From Felis catus (taxonomy: Eukaryota): DNA of 64,000 bases. Numbering within the stretch: the first letter of the stretch is position 1; every line of letters starts with the position of its first letter. A program made the position numbers and the translations under genes. The stretch is taken from contig NC_058368.1 of the NCBI RefSeq assembly GCF_018350175.1, positions 141,176,001 to 141,240,000 of the forward strand, in the 5' to 3' direction. This document shows positions 1 to 11,914 of the stretch, one piece after another. The notes below the pieces were generated by a model that saw only the letters and a list, made by a program, of their open reading frames with translations, did no database searches and had not been told where the DNA came from.

Positions 1-599
1 GTATAGTTATTTTTATAACTACTAAATCTGGGCTTCTATCTGGTTAATTCTATCTGTAATTTATTTCAAATCAATTTCTTGAACAGGCATGTAATAGCCT
101 ATTATATCATTCTTCCCATGGGAAAATATAATCAAGTTTCTTAATTTAGTCTTTAAAAATTCCCTAAACATCTGTTACCTGGAAAGCACTATGAACCAAT
201 GCTTTTGAGGGATGCAGTCATGAAACAGAAATTACCCTTGTCCTTCAGGGAGCTGACACCCTAGGAGGGGGGATATCCCAGGTAGAAATAACTCTAAACT
301 ATGTAAGTCATGCTATAAAAGAGGTGGGAGAATATTTATTGAGAGAGAATAACTTGCTTTTGGCTTAGAGGTGGGAGTAGGTGATGAAAGCTTTGAGGCA
401 AAGATCGATGTTCAACTTGACCTTGAGGTTGAGACCAGGTTTTGACAGGAATTAATAGGGTAAATGGCCTTCTAGGTAGACAAAATAGTATATAAAAATA
501 ATTTTTTATTTTTTACAGGCACACTGTGGTGAAAAGAGAGACATGGTTCCATTTTTAGACAAAAGTTTATCCACAAAAAGGAACTACTATTTAATGAAT

Positions 600-935
600 A
601 CTAACGTTTAGGTACATGTACGTATATACTTTCTCACTTGTCATGAAAACGTGATGAGGTGAGAAAGTAGTATTCTCCCCATTAACAGGTAAGGAAAGTG
701 AGGTTCAGAGATGTTAATCATTTTGCTTAAGGTCAAATAGCTAGTATGTGGTGGGGCTAGGATTCAAACAGATTAGTCTGATTCTAAAGTTCATTCGTTT
801 TCTACTACTTCCTCTTTCTCTGGGCCTGTTCATACATTGACATTCATTCATTCATTCCACAAATATTTATTGAATGTCTAATGTGTCCCAGGGACTGTGC
901 TAGGCACTGGGGCTGCTGCCATGAGCTAAGTTGTA
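600..935. mobile_element. MIR plus L2 relics
   Basis: MIR core (cccattaacaggtaaggaaagtgaggttcagagatgtt...ggattcaaac) followed by an L2 end (cattcattcattc...aaatatttattgaatgtcta...ctgtgctaggcactggg). Confidence 0.6.
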
Positions 936-1323
936 GGTGCCCTGGCAACACAGCTATGCTGTGCCATGTTTCCTGCTAAATGTGTGGGACACATGGAGAA
1001 ACAAATAATATCTTGACATTTCTGGGACATTAAGGTTTCCAATTAAGCTTAAATTTAGAGGACCAATTTGCTTTCTTGGTCTCATCAAATATCTTAACTG
1101 ATTACCCTCATCAAATAATTAGAAAAGGCACAATGCTCGCTGAGAAGTAATAGATGGAAAAATGGAGAATATTTAGATGTCTTGGTTGGAAGATCTACAG
1201 CTTAAATATTTTATGGAAACATTAATATTATAGAATTTTAGCAGTTGATAGACCTGAGTGCTCAAGAGCATACTTCACCAGAGTCGTTCAGGTTGTGATA
1301 CAGAAAAAAGTCCATATAAATAG

Positions 1324-1520
1324 TGGCACCTGGGTGACTCAGTTGGTTGAGCACCCGACTTCAGCTCAGGTCATGATGTCATGGTTCATGAGTTCGAGCC
1401 CTGCATCAGGCTTGCTACTGTTAGCCTCTCAGCTCAGAGCCTGCTTCAGATTCTCTCTCCCCTCTCTCTGCCTTTCCCCCACTTGCACTCTCCCAAAAAG
1501 AAATAAATATTAAAAAAAAA
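1324..1520 (+). mobile_element. CanSINE
   Basis: tRNA-like head, CT tract, A tail; diverged TSD aaaagtc(ca/ta)(t/c)ataaat. Confidence 0.85.
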
Positions 1521-1618
1521 GTCTACATAAATGTTCGAGAGATTTTGTTGGCAACTAGATAATGTGGTCAGAAAATATAATCTATATTTATATCGACATA
1601 ATTGTTTCTCCATTTGTC

Positions 1619-1649
<31 letters not shown>

Positions 1650-1685
1650 CACACACACATATATACATATATACAGACAGACATA
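1619..1685. repeat. Compound (GT)n/(CA)n/(TA)n microsatellite
   Basis: Read directly from the sequence. Confidence 0.9.
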
Positions 1686-1951
1686 TGAAAGTCTGTCTCC
1701 CTGATAGCCTACTCCTCCAGTGCTACCCACAGGTGACCCCTGTTAGCAATGTAATTTCTCCTTTACTGAATGGTGACTCATATTTATTACTCATAGTGAC
1801 AGGTATATTTATTTAAGTTTTTATATACAGTCTTCATTTGTTTTTTTTTTTTTTTTTTTTTTACAAAAACAGGGCCATTAATTTTTCTGCCATGTGCTCT
1901 TTTTAAATTTAATACTGCTCTGGGCCTATTATTAAATTTGACTTTTTTTTT

Positions 1952-2988
1952 GAAATGCTAAAATTTATTTATTTATTTATCTATCTATCTATCTATCTAT
2001 CTGTCAGGTTGGCTAACATAACAGTGTATACAGTGTGCTCTTGATTTTGGGGGTAGATTGTCACCATTCATTGCTTATGTACAACACCAGTGTTCATCCC
2101 AACAAGTGCCCTCCTCAATGCCATCACCCATTTTCCCCTCTCCCCCGCTCCCCCCATCAACACTCAGTTTGTTCTCTGTATTTAAGACTCTCTTAGTTTT
2201 GCCTCCCTGTCTTTTTGAAACTATATTTCCCCGTTCGCTTCCTCCCTGGTCTTCTGAGTTCCACATATGAGTGAAAACATATGATATCTGTCTTTCTCTG
2301 ACTTATTTCACTTAGTGTAATACCCTCCAGTACCCTCCACATTGCTGCAGATGGCACGATTTCATTCTTTCTTATTGTCAAGTAGTATTACATTGTATAT
2401 ACAAACCGTATCTTCTTTATCCATTCAACACTTGATGGACATTTGGGCTCTTTGCATAATTTGGCTATTGTTGAAAGTGCTGATAAAAACATTGGGGTAC
2501 ATGTGCCCCTGTGCATTAGCACTCCTGTATCCTTTGGATAAATTCCTAGTAGTGCTATTCCTGGGTCATAGGGTAGATCTATCTTGAATTTCTTGAGGAA
2601 CCTCCACACTGTTTTCCAGAGTGGTTTCACCAGTTTGCTTTCCCACCAACAGTGCAAGAGGGTTCCCGTTTCTCCGCATCCTCACCAACATCTGTTGTTT
2701 CCTGAGTTGTTAATTTTAGCCACTCTGACCAGTGTGAGATGGTATGTCACTGGTTTTGATTTGTATTTTCCTGATAATGAGACATATTGAGCATCTTTTC
2801 ATGTGTCTGGATGCTTCATGTGGCCATTTGGATGTCTTCTTTGGAAAAGTGTCTATTCATGTCTTCTGCCCATTTCTTCACTGGATTATTTGTTTTTCAG
2901 GTTGTTGAGTTTGATAAGTTCTTTATAGATTTTGGATACTAACCCTTTATCTGATAAGTCATTTGCAAATATCTTCTCCCATTCCATC
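1952..2988 (-). mobile_element. 5'-truncated L1 (ORF2 C-terminus plus 3'UTR)
   Basis: ORF 2388..2657(-) [31 protein letters not shown] is the L1 ORF2p C-terminus; tail decayed to (TTTA)n/(TCTA)n; flanked by tttgacttttttttt on both sides. Confidence 0.88.
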
Positions 2989-2994
2989 TTTGAC

Positions 2995-3193
2995 TTTTTT
3001 TTTTAATCAGAGATAACGAGTGCACAAGGAAGGGAGGGGGCGGAGAGAGAGAGAGGGAGGGAGGGAAAGAATATCTCAAGCAGGCTCTATGCTCAGCATG
3101 GAGCGTGATGTGGGGCTTGATCCCATGACCCTGGGATCATGACCTGAGCCAAAATCAAGGGACGCTCAACCGACTGAGCCACCCAAGTGCCCC
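2995..3193 (-). mobile_element. CanSINE (older subfamily)
   Basis: Ends in actgagccacccaagtgcccc; poly-T and GA tract at the left. Confidence 0.85.
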
Positions 3194-4069
3194 AACTTAT
3201 CTTTGGCTTTTAAGAGAATGTCTTAAAGTTGCTCTGATGAGGGCACAAATGCCGGTAAGGTCAGCAGGTTGTAGGAACAGCTGTGAAGGTGATTAGTAGT
3301 CAGTTTGGGGGCAGCATTCTTCAGTGCATGAAGCCTAGGAGTAAGAGAAATATCTGACTAAAATACTACCAGAGCCTCTGAGGAAGTTGTGGATTTGCTT
3401 TCTAATTGCTATGCAATTCTTCTTTACTCTGTGAACTTGTAAGAATCCACCCACACTAAAAGTCAGATTTGACGAATTGTGAGAAATGGTTCTGAGGATT
3501 ACAATTCTTTGTCTCCCAAGTGCAGACTGCTTCCAAGATAGTTCTTAAAATGCTATAGTTGGAAAGAGTACAACTTAAATATCTTATGAAAACATTAGTA
3601 TTTTAGGATTTTAGCAGCTGGTATACCTGAGTGCCCGAGAGCATACCACCCCCAAGCCGTGTGGACCGTGATGAATTTCATTTATGTATGAACAAGGAAA
3701 CAAAAAATCTAACCACAGGAGACTGGAAAGCTTAAGTCTTTATTATTCTATGAACACACCAAAGAGAGCTTAAAAATGATATAAAATGGGGTAAAAATGT
3801 CTGTATTATTATCCTTTAAGCTGAAGCAAGTATCGTGTGTGTTTATATTGTGTTTAGGCTGAATTAATTATGTAAAAGAATAAAGTCTAAAATAGGGTAT
3901 AGTAATGATATGATGAATTGCCCAAATTACTCAAGTGATTGTTTTAAGTCTGAAGTCTGAAGGTGATTTCTAGGTTATAACATTTCTGTGTGCATTACTC
4001 CATTCAGCATTTAAAATGTGGTATTACAGGGGTCTCTTTTCCGTTTTGTAAACAACTCAAGTCTTTTCT

Positions 4070-4372
4070 GATCCCAGGGCCTTTGCACCTATTGTTACCT
4101 TTGTTTGACTGCTAACACTCCCCTGCCCTCCTCTCAAGACAGAATAATGTCTTCTCATATTTCAGGTCTCAGCTCAAAAGCTTCCTCCTCAGGAAGTGTC
4201 CCAGAATTACCCTATCTAGAGCATCTTCTCCCTTCAGTTAATGTCTATGGTGCTATCAGATTTATTTCCTTCATGACACTTGTCACAGTCTGTCATTATC
4301 ATGTTTCTCTGCTTACTCCTCTGCCTTGGCACAGAGTTGACTCCTCAGTAAATACCTGTTGAATGAATAAAG
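4070..4372 (+). mobile_element. L2 3' relic
   Basis: cagggcctttgcac...tcaggtctcagctcaaa...ctcagtaaatacctgttgaatgaataaa. Confidence 0.55.
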
Positions 4373-4637
4373 GGTTTCTCTGGTCATTCTTCTGTCATTC
4401 ATTCACTCCTTTGTTTATTCAGCATCAGAAACACATGGTGTATCTGCAGTGTGTAAGTCACCGTACTGGGCTCTGAGGATGGCAAGAAGGTACTGCTCAG
4501 CAGTACTGATCTCAGTGAAATTTTTGGATAATCAACGCTTAACCCTTCAGATACTAAAATTAAAAGTAAATATTGGAAATGAATGAATGAATGATGAATG
4601 AATGTTAAAGCTGTAGGATTTGGGATGATAATCTTAA

Positions 4638-4858
4638 TTTTATTTAAAAAATTTTTTTAACGTTTCTTTATTTTTGTGAGAGAGAGAGAGAGAGAGACAG
4701 TGTGTGCGCGGGGGAGGGGCAGAGAGAGACACACACAGAATCCGAAGCACACTCCAGGATCTGAGCTGTCAGCACAGAACCTGATGTGGGGCTCGAACTG
4801 TGAGACCATGACCTGAACTGAAGTTGAATGCTTAACTGACTGAACCGCCCAGGCGCCT
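4638..4858 (-). mobile_element. CanSINE
   Basis: Typical body with (GA)n tract. Confidence 0.88.
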
Positions 4859-4960
4859 CTATAATGATCTTCTTTAAATGCGTGATGTGTACATCTCTTT
4901 CTTCGTTAGACCTAGTCTTTTTATGTCATAGTTGTCATTGTGAAGTGCCCTTACAGTGTA

Positions 4961-5180
4961 TTTTTTTTTTAATTTTTTTTTCAACGTTTATTTATTTTTG
5001 AGACAGAGAGAGAGCATGAACGGGGGAGGGGCAGAGAGAGAGGGAGACACAGAATCGGAAACAGGCTCCAGGCTCTGAGCCATCAGCCCAGAGCCCAACG
5101 CGGGGCTTGAACTCACGGACCGCGAGATCGTGACCTGGCTGAAGTCGGACGCTTAACCGACTGCGCCACCCAGGCGCCCC
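4961..5180 (-). mobile_element. Young felid SINE (SINEC_Fc-type)
   Basis: Intact CpGs; TSD tacagtgtatttttt. Confidence 0.92.
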
Positions 5181-6126
5181 ATACAGTGTATTTTTTATGC
5201 ACATTTTAGTTTTTCTCTGAGTTCACAGGGATGCCACTTCCTCTGCCATAATCAAACAGTCGTTCCAGTGACAGCCCCTTCCCGGTCTCTAGATACAGGG
5301 GTGCTCATCTCCTGAGTCCAAAGCAAGATAGATAGGGTGGTGGTTCTCACCATGACCCTGCCATCCCAGTGTTCTTATAGTGTGTGAGGGACTGAAGTTA
5401 CCCAAATAAGACTCTGATTCTCCCAGGGGCAGTATGGTAGAACCAGGAGGTTTTTAGAAAACTGCTTTTATAAAGTTAAATATCATGAACTTTTTAGTCT
5501 TGTTTTAAAATCGCTTTTATAAAGTCATCTTTGTGAAATGAGATGTATATTAACATGGTATTGCTCAGATGGCCTTTATCAGTGCATTTACAGGAAACTC
5601 CTATTATCTGTGCCCGGGATTGTCAGAATGCAAAAACTGAAACCATCTTCAGTGCAGGAAGCTCTTCTCTGGGTCCTGTTTGTGTTTATTGTGTCTGGGT
5701 TTCCACTCTAACTCCAGTCAGAGGGGATCTTCTAACAGTGGTAGCATCAAATGTGGCGAAATTTCCTCTGTGTAATTGCTAGGGATTTTACTTTGGGATT
5801 TATTCCTCTTGACCAGAAAAACACATCTTTCTGCTGCTTATCCGAAATTTAGGCTTACTTTCAAGCAGCTCTATTTTTGAAATTTGTGTCTAGTTTTTAT
5901 TACATCTGGCATTTTATCTGCTATTGCTCCTTATTCTCTTTTATCCAGTTTACAGGAAATGGAGATCAGAGGTGCTTAGTTATCAGTGCAGCGTTCCCTA
6001 CATCCCAGCTCTCTCCTGCCCCTTGTACTCATCGTGGTCAGACAGTAAAGACTCCCAGTGAGCACATTTTCCACATAGATGAGATTTAATCCATTAGCCA
6101 CTATAACTTTAAAAATAATTATGACT

Positions 6127-6289
6127 GGGGCGCCTGGGTGGCTCAGTCAGTTAAGTGTCCATCTTCGACTTAGGTCATGATCTTGAGGTTTGTGAGTTCG
6201 TGCCCCATGTCGGGCTCTGTGCTGACAGCTCAGAGCCTGGAGCCTGCTTCGGATTCTGTGTGTGTCTCTGTACCCCTCCCCTGCTCACA

Positions 6290-6323
<34 letters not shown>

Positions 6324-6348
6324 AAAATAAACATTAAATTTTTTTTTA
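6127..6348 (+). mobile_element. CanSINE
   Basis: ggggcgcctgggtggctcagtc head, (CT)n, aaaataaacatt; TSD aaataattat. Confidence 0.9.
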
Positions 6349-7037
6349 AATAATTATTTTAATCACTCTGGAAATATAATTCACAGTTCCTCATTTCTTA
6401 AATAAACTTTGCAGAACACATGCTCATGGAGTCAAGGGCATCCTAGTGAACCTCCATTATTGTCTGAGGCCAGAAAGCCATGCTTTGGAGGCTGAGGTCA
6501 CCAGAGTTGTTTTCCTGGGCACCACATGCTCTTACGTTTCTTTCTCAGCCTGCCACTCTCTGCCATTTCCTAGGACTGTCACTGGGGCTTTGTAACTTCT
6601 GACTTTGTCCTCACTGCAAGTATAATCAGCTGAGTTAGAACCCAAGTGTACTTCCCCCTGTTCTAGAGAAAAAAGTCCCCTGAGTGATCCCCTGTTTGGT
6701 ACTTGGGCCATTGTCTTGCCCTTAATGTTCTGGTTACGTTCTGGTAGGCAAGAACCTGATTCCTGGGTAAGAAGAGAGTGTGATGTCCTCGTGGGTTGTC
6801 ATGAAACGTCCCTAGCCCTAAAGATGGCCTCGCTCCAGGCTGTTCGGTTTCAGTTTTTCAACTCCTGTGTTCCTCTGAGACAGAAACCACAGGGACAAGT
6901 CTCTTTGAGCAATTCTACTTGAGATCATAGTAAGACTCCATGTTATTTTAAAGAGAGAGAAATTTTTCATATATCTCAGGGGATAGTTTTGATTATTAAT
7001 ACTAACACTGAAAACAGCATACAGTCAATCTTCATCA

Positions 7038-7260
7038 CTTTTTTTTTCTTTTTCACTTTTTTTTTTTTAATGTTTGTCTATTTTTGACAGAGAGCATGAG
7101 CGGGGGAGGGGCAGAGAGAGAGGGAGACACAGAATCCGAAGCGGGCTCCAGGCTCTGAGCCATCAGCCCAGAGCCCGACGCAGGGCTTGAACTCACGGAC
7201 CGCGAGATCGTGACCTGAGCCGAAGTCGGACGCTCAACCGACTGAGCCACCCAGGCACCC
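7038..7260 (-). mobile_element. Felid SINE
   Basis: TSD caatcttc(c)atcacttt. Confidence 0.9.
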
Positions 7261-7707
7261 CACAATCTTCCATCACTTTAATTTCTCTCTAATAAGTACT
7301 AGTTTAAGTGAACATTTCCAAAAATGTTCCCAGGTGGTTCACTGTTGGGGGAAGCTTTGTGGCTCCTAGTGCTCTTGACTGTGACAGTGTTTGGTGTAGT
7401 ACCTTAATTATTAGAAACTTTGGAAATGAAATAAATATAAACCAGCTTGTGAAATGATTTTAAATGCTTTCTTAAATTGTTTTTGTCCCATTCATTAGTA
7501 TATTTTTATGTCACATTTCACGAACTGCAGTTGACTATGTGGAATTCTGATGAGTGTGTCTATGTAATAAAAATTACATTTGGGGAATTTAGGTTCAGGG
7601 GGACACCAGCAAAGAAACACTTGTTTAATTGCAAAATCTCCAATTCTTTGGTGATGTGATTATCAACAGGATAATTATTTATATCGTTTACAAATTGTGA
7701 GGTGTGA

Positions 7708-7940
7708 GAGGCACCTGGGTAGGTCAGTCGGTTGAGTGTCCAACTTCGGCTCAGGTCATGATCTCGCGGTCCGTGAGTTCGAGCCCCGCGTCGGGCTCTG
7801 GGCTGACGGCTCGGAGCCTGGAGCCTGCTTCGGATTCTGTGTCTCCCTCTCTCTCTGCCCCTCCCCCACTCTCACTCTGTCTCTCTCTCTCTCTGTCTCT
7901 CAAAAATAAACATTAAAAAAAATTAAAAACCAAAAACAAA
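7708..7940 (+). mobile_element. Felid SINE
   Basis: Typical body; TSD gtga(g/a)gtgtga. Confidence 0.9.
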
Positions 7941-9624
7941 ACGTGAAGTGTGACTTGAGCAAGAGCTCCTATTCCCATGTCTGTTTCTTTTATATTATGC
8001 GGGGCTTTTCCCTCTCGGTGTTCTTGATGTTTGGTCCTTTCAATCCCTCTGGAGCCGGTGACGTGGCTGTAGCTCTCAGCTTCCCAGGAATCGTCTATGT
8101 GTTGTGCCATGAGCGCCAGAGGAACAGCTGTCCTTGGAGCTCCTTGACCCTTGTGTGTCCCCCCTCACCCACCCCCTTTTATAAAGTCATCATTTATTGG
8201 GGACTCTGGGCAAGGGGCTGTGTCTCATGTGTTTTCCAGACCTTGCTTTGTTTAATTATCACACGAACCCTGTGATGTACATGCTAGTATTCACATTTTA
8301 CAAATACACTCAGAAATGTTTGGTAACTTTAGGGTTACCCTCGTGGGTGATGACCAAGTGGGAGATGAAGACAGCTTTTACATCCAAAGCCTGCCCTTGA
8401 CTCATTACCCTGGACATGCCTCTCGCAACAAACCTTGCATTTTCAGCAGTGAGAGTGACAGTCCTTGTCTCATCCATGCCTCCTTGATGTGGAGGCACAA
8501 GACAGGATAAGGAGGCAGAACGTCCTATTGTGCTTGGGCAACATGGGTACTACTCGTACAGCAGAGTAGTCATTTTATTTTCACCGTGTGCATTTTCCTC
8601 CTTACGCATTATGGGTGGCAGTGTTTCCCAAGGGGCCTGCTTCATCCTGTCACCCGGTGGGCACCCGGCGCTGGGTAAGCGTGCGCTGCGGAAGTGTGGA
8701 GAAACCGCAAACACCTAAATAAGCAGGACAGCGGGAGGAAAGGGCTTGCCCTTGGGACCTTTCCCAAGGCTGCGAGAGGGCAGGTGATTGGGTGTTAAGC
8801 AGAGCACCACGCTGCCTTCGGGCCTGGGCCCCATGTTCCTCTCGAGGCCCTGGGCCTTCGTATCTCAGGTGGTTCTTTGCAAGCCTTCTACGGGAACAAC
8901 TGTCAGATACACGCATGCCACAGAGCTCCCCTCCCTGCCCGCCAGCAGGCACCTGCTGTGTGGTTGTTGGGAGCCCTGGTGGTAGCAAAGGACGAGTGTT
9001 CTGAGTGTGTGGGTGCGTATTTAATTACAAATTTGCTGCAGACCAGTACTCAGAAAATACAATCACGGTGAGTTACTGAAAAATGACTTTAAAAAAGACG
9101 TAGAGAATGCAGAAAGCTGAAATGTTTTCTTAGCAGATTCGGCAGCATTAAGATCACATTCTCTCAAAACGCCGAATTGCTGGAAGTTCTAGGCGCTTAA
9201 TTCTAAATTTCTGTCCTTACGTCATGACTGTTGGGTAACAGTTCACAGGCCAGTACCAGCCTGCAGAGTACACGTTGAGCAGCTGGCCCAGAGCCTGCCT
9301 GGACCGAGGGTGGTGGTACGTATGTGGGCACAGGTCTGGAGTTGTGTCTGCTGTGGTCAGCCTGATGTGCAGAAAGTTTGGGCAAACCCTTGGCCACAGC
9401 GGCTCCTGCCCTGCCTATGCCTTGCTATCCTCCATGACAGCTCTGCCCTCGGAACTTGGCCCCTGCCTCAACTCCCGGTCTCACTGCGATTTTTGCTGGT
9501 CGTCGAGCCCAGCCCCGAGCCCTAACTGACATGACTGTGGCCCTGAGAGGGTCTTGCCACTTTTTTCCCCCCCCAGGACTCAGTTTTGCCGCCTGAATGC
9601 CCAATTGTTGGCCAGGATTCCAGT

Positions 9625-10312
9625 CTCACATTAGGTTTTTATTGCGGCTGTGACAAATGACCAGAAACCCAGTGGCTTATGACAACAGAACTTTTTCTTA
9701 CAGTTCTGGAGGCCAGAAATCTAAATGAGTCTTCCAGAGTAAAATCAAGGTGTCAGAATGGCTGGTTCCTCCTGGAGGCTCATGGGAAGAGTTCATTTTT
9801 GCCTCTTCAACCTGCTGGTGGCTGCCAGGATTCTTGGGCTTGTCAGATTAATCTGCTTTTTTTTTTTTTAAATTTTTTTTTCAACGTTTATTTATTTTTG
9901 GGACAGAGAGAGACAGAGCATGAACAGCGGAGGAGCAGAGAGAGAGAGGGAGACACAGAATCGGAAACAGGCTCCAGGCTCTGAGCCATCAGCCCAGAGC
10001 CCGACGCGGGGCTCGAACTCACGGACCGCGAGATCGTGACCTGGCTGAAGTCGGACGCTTAACCGACTGTGCCACCCAGGCGCCCCAGATTAATCTGCTT
10101 TGGTTGTCACATTGCTTTTCCTCTTCTGTCATCCCGTCTCCCTCCTACGAAAACACTTAGGACTGCATTTAGGGCCCACCTTGATAATGCAGAACAATCC
10201 CATGTCGTGATCGTTAATCGCGCCTGTAAAGACCCTTTTGCCATGTGAGGTAATATTCACAGGTTCCAGGGATTAGGACCTGAATCTTTTTGGAGGACGT
10301 TATTCGGTTTAC
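9625..10312 (-). mobile_element. MaLR solo LTR (MLT1-type) split by a young SINE
   Basis: MLT1 motifs cttacagttctggaggccagaa, aaatcaaggtgtcag and ttcacaggttccagggattaggac. Confidence 0.75.
9858..10086 (-). mobile_element. Young felid SINE nested in MLT1 LTR
   Basis: Perfect TSD agattaatctgcttt. Confidence 0.92.
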
Positions 10313-11598
10313 CCCCTCCAGATCTGGGGATGCATATCATTGTTATCTGACCCACTCTAAGTCTTGCTTCTTTTGTGTACTACCCCCATCTCTCTCTTCT
10401 CCAACACTCAACCACTTGCCAGGTAGGGTGATCTCAAGTCATCAGAGTCTGGGGAAGCTAGTGTGGCAGCTAGGAATTATTGAATAATTTGCATTTCGGA
10501 CGCTCTGCTAAAGACTTGAGAGTTTAGACCATTTGATACTCACACGACCCGACAGGTACTGTGGCTTTCGTTAGAGGCGGGGAGACTGAACCTTAGTTAA
10601 GGAGGCTCAATAATTGTCCAAGTGGGTGGGGGAGGTGCATGCAATCCCAGGCCTTCTGAGGCTGGAGTTCTCATCCCTGCCTGCACCAGACTGCCCCTTG
10701 GACTGAAGCAGACCCTGAGATTTGGGCTGCAAGCATGTCTCCTTCCCCCAAGCGCCAGCTATGTGACAGAGCCAGTGCCCCAGCCTGGCCCTATGGTCCC
10801 AGATGTCTTCCTTTCCCCGCTGGCCTGTGGGATGCACCTTCCCAAGGAGGGACAGCTAGGGAGAGCTCTTCAGCTCTTTCCTAGTAGGACACACACAATT
10901 CAGGAACCTAAGGAGCCAACTGACTCGTAGGCCGTGTGCTGACCCTTGGATAGGAATAGAGCTGGAAATGAGTGAACACTGCCTGAGTTTGAATTTGCTT
11001 GCTGATCCTGTGCTGATATGTCATTGAACATTCCTGGCTAGAAGTCAGACATTAGAGTGCCCTGGAGGGCCTCCTCACAACCCTGTGCTAGCAGGAGACC
11101 TTTTCTTCTTTTTGAGGGCCTTGGTACCTTCTGGGGCTTTCTGTTTCCACTTAGGAAGCAGTGCAGGCAGCACATACAAAGTAGCAGCTGGAGTTTGGGG
11201 AAAGGCTGTTAGGCTGTGAGTCTTCTCTGACAGCAAATTCTGAGTCCTGGTGGAGCCGTGTCCAGCAGACTCGGGAAAGCTGGAAGTCAAGAATTCTCTG
11301 CCTGGTGGCCTGAGGGAGGAGCCAGGCAGAGCAAATGATCTGAGCTGCTTTGCAAGGCTTCCTGGATAAGGTTGTTCTGAATTCGCTTTGATGGAACCAT
11401 AAAATGCCAAGCAAAGGAATATGTCATGAGAGTTAGAACCTAAACTCTAGACTGAGCTTGGGGAGTGCTTCCTGGAGCTTCCTTTGCGGGGAGGCATCTC
11501 CAGAGCTGTCCAAGCTGGGCCTGCACCACCAGGAAGCCACAGATAAACTGCATTCTCCCAGACTAGCAGTTTATTAAATTCCATGTAATTCAAATATG

Positions 11599-11813
11599 TT
11601 TTTTTTTTAAATCTTTTTTAACGTTTTATTTATTTTTGAGACAGAGAGAGACAGAACATGAACAGGGGAGGGGCAGAGAGAGAGGGAGACACAGAATCGG
11701 AAGCAGGCACCAGGCTCTGCTGGTGCCCGACGCGGGGCTCAAACTCACGGACCGCGAGATCGTGACCTGAGCTGAAGTCGGACGTTTAACCGACTGAGCC
11801 ACCCAGGCGCCCC
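11599..11813 (-). mobile_element. Felid SINE with short internal deletion
   Basis: TSD aaatatgttttt. Confidence 0.9.
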
Positions 11814-11914
11814 AAATATGTTTTAATAATGAAAGTGTGGATGTGTTATTGACGAGAGTACAAGAATTTTGCAAATCTTTTACATTATGTACGTAAGCAG
11901 TGAAGTATTTTTTG

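Noticed and set aside
6127..6200. tRNA genes at SINE heads
   Set aside because: The A/B-box-like heads run into CT tracts and A tails with TSDs, so they are tRNA-derived SINEs rather than tRNA genes.
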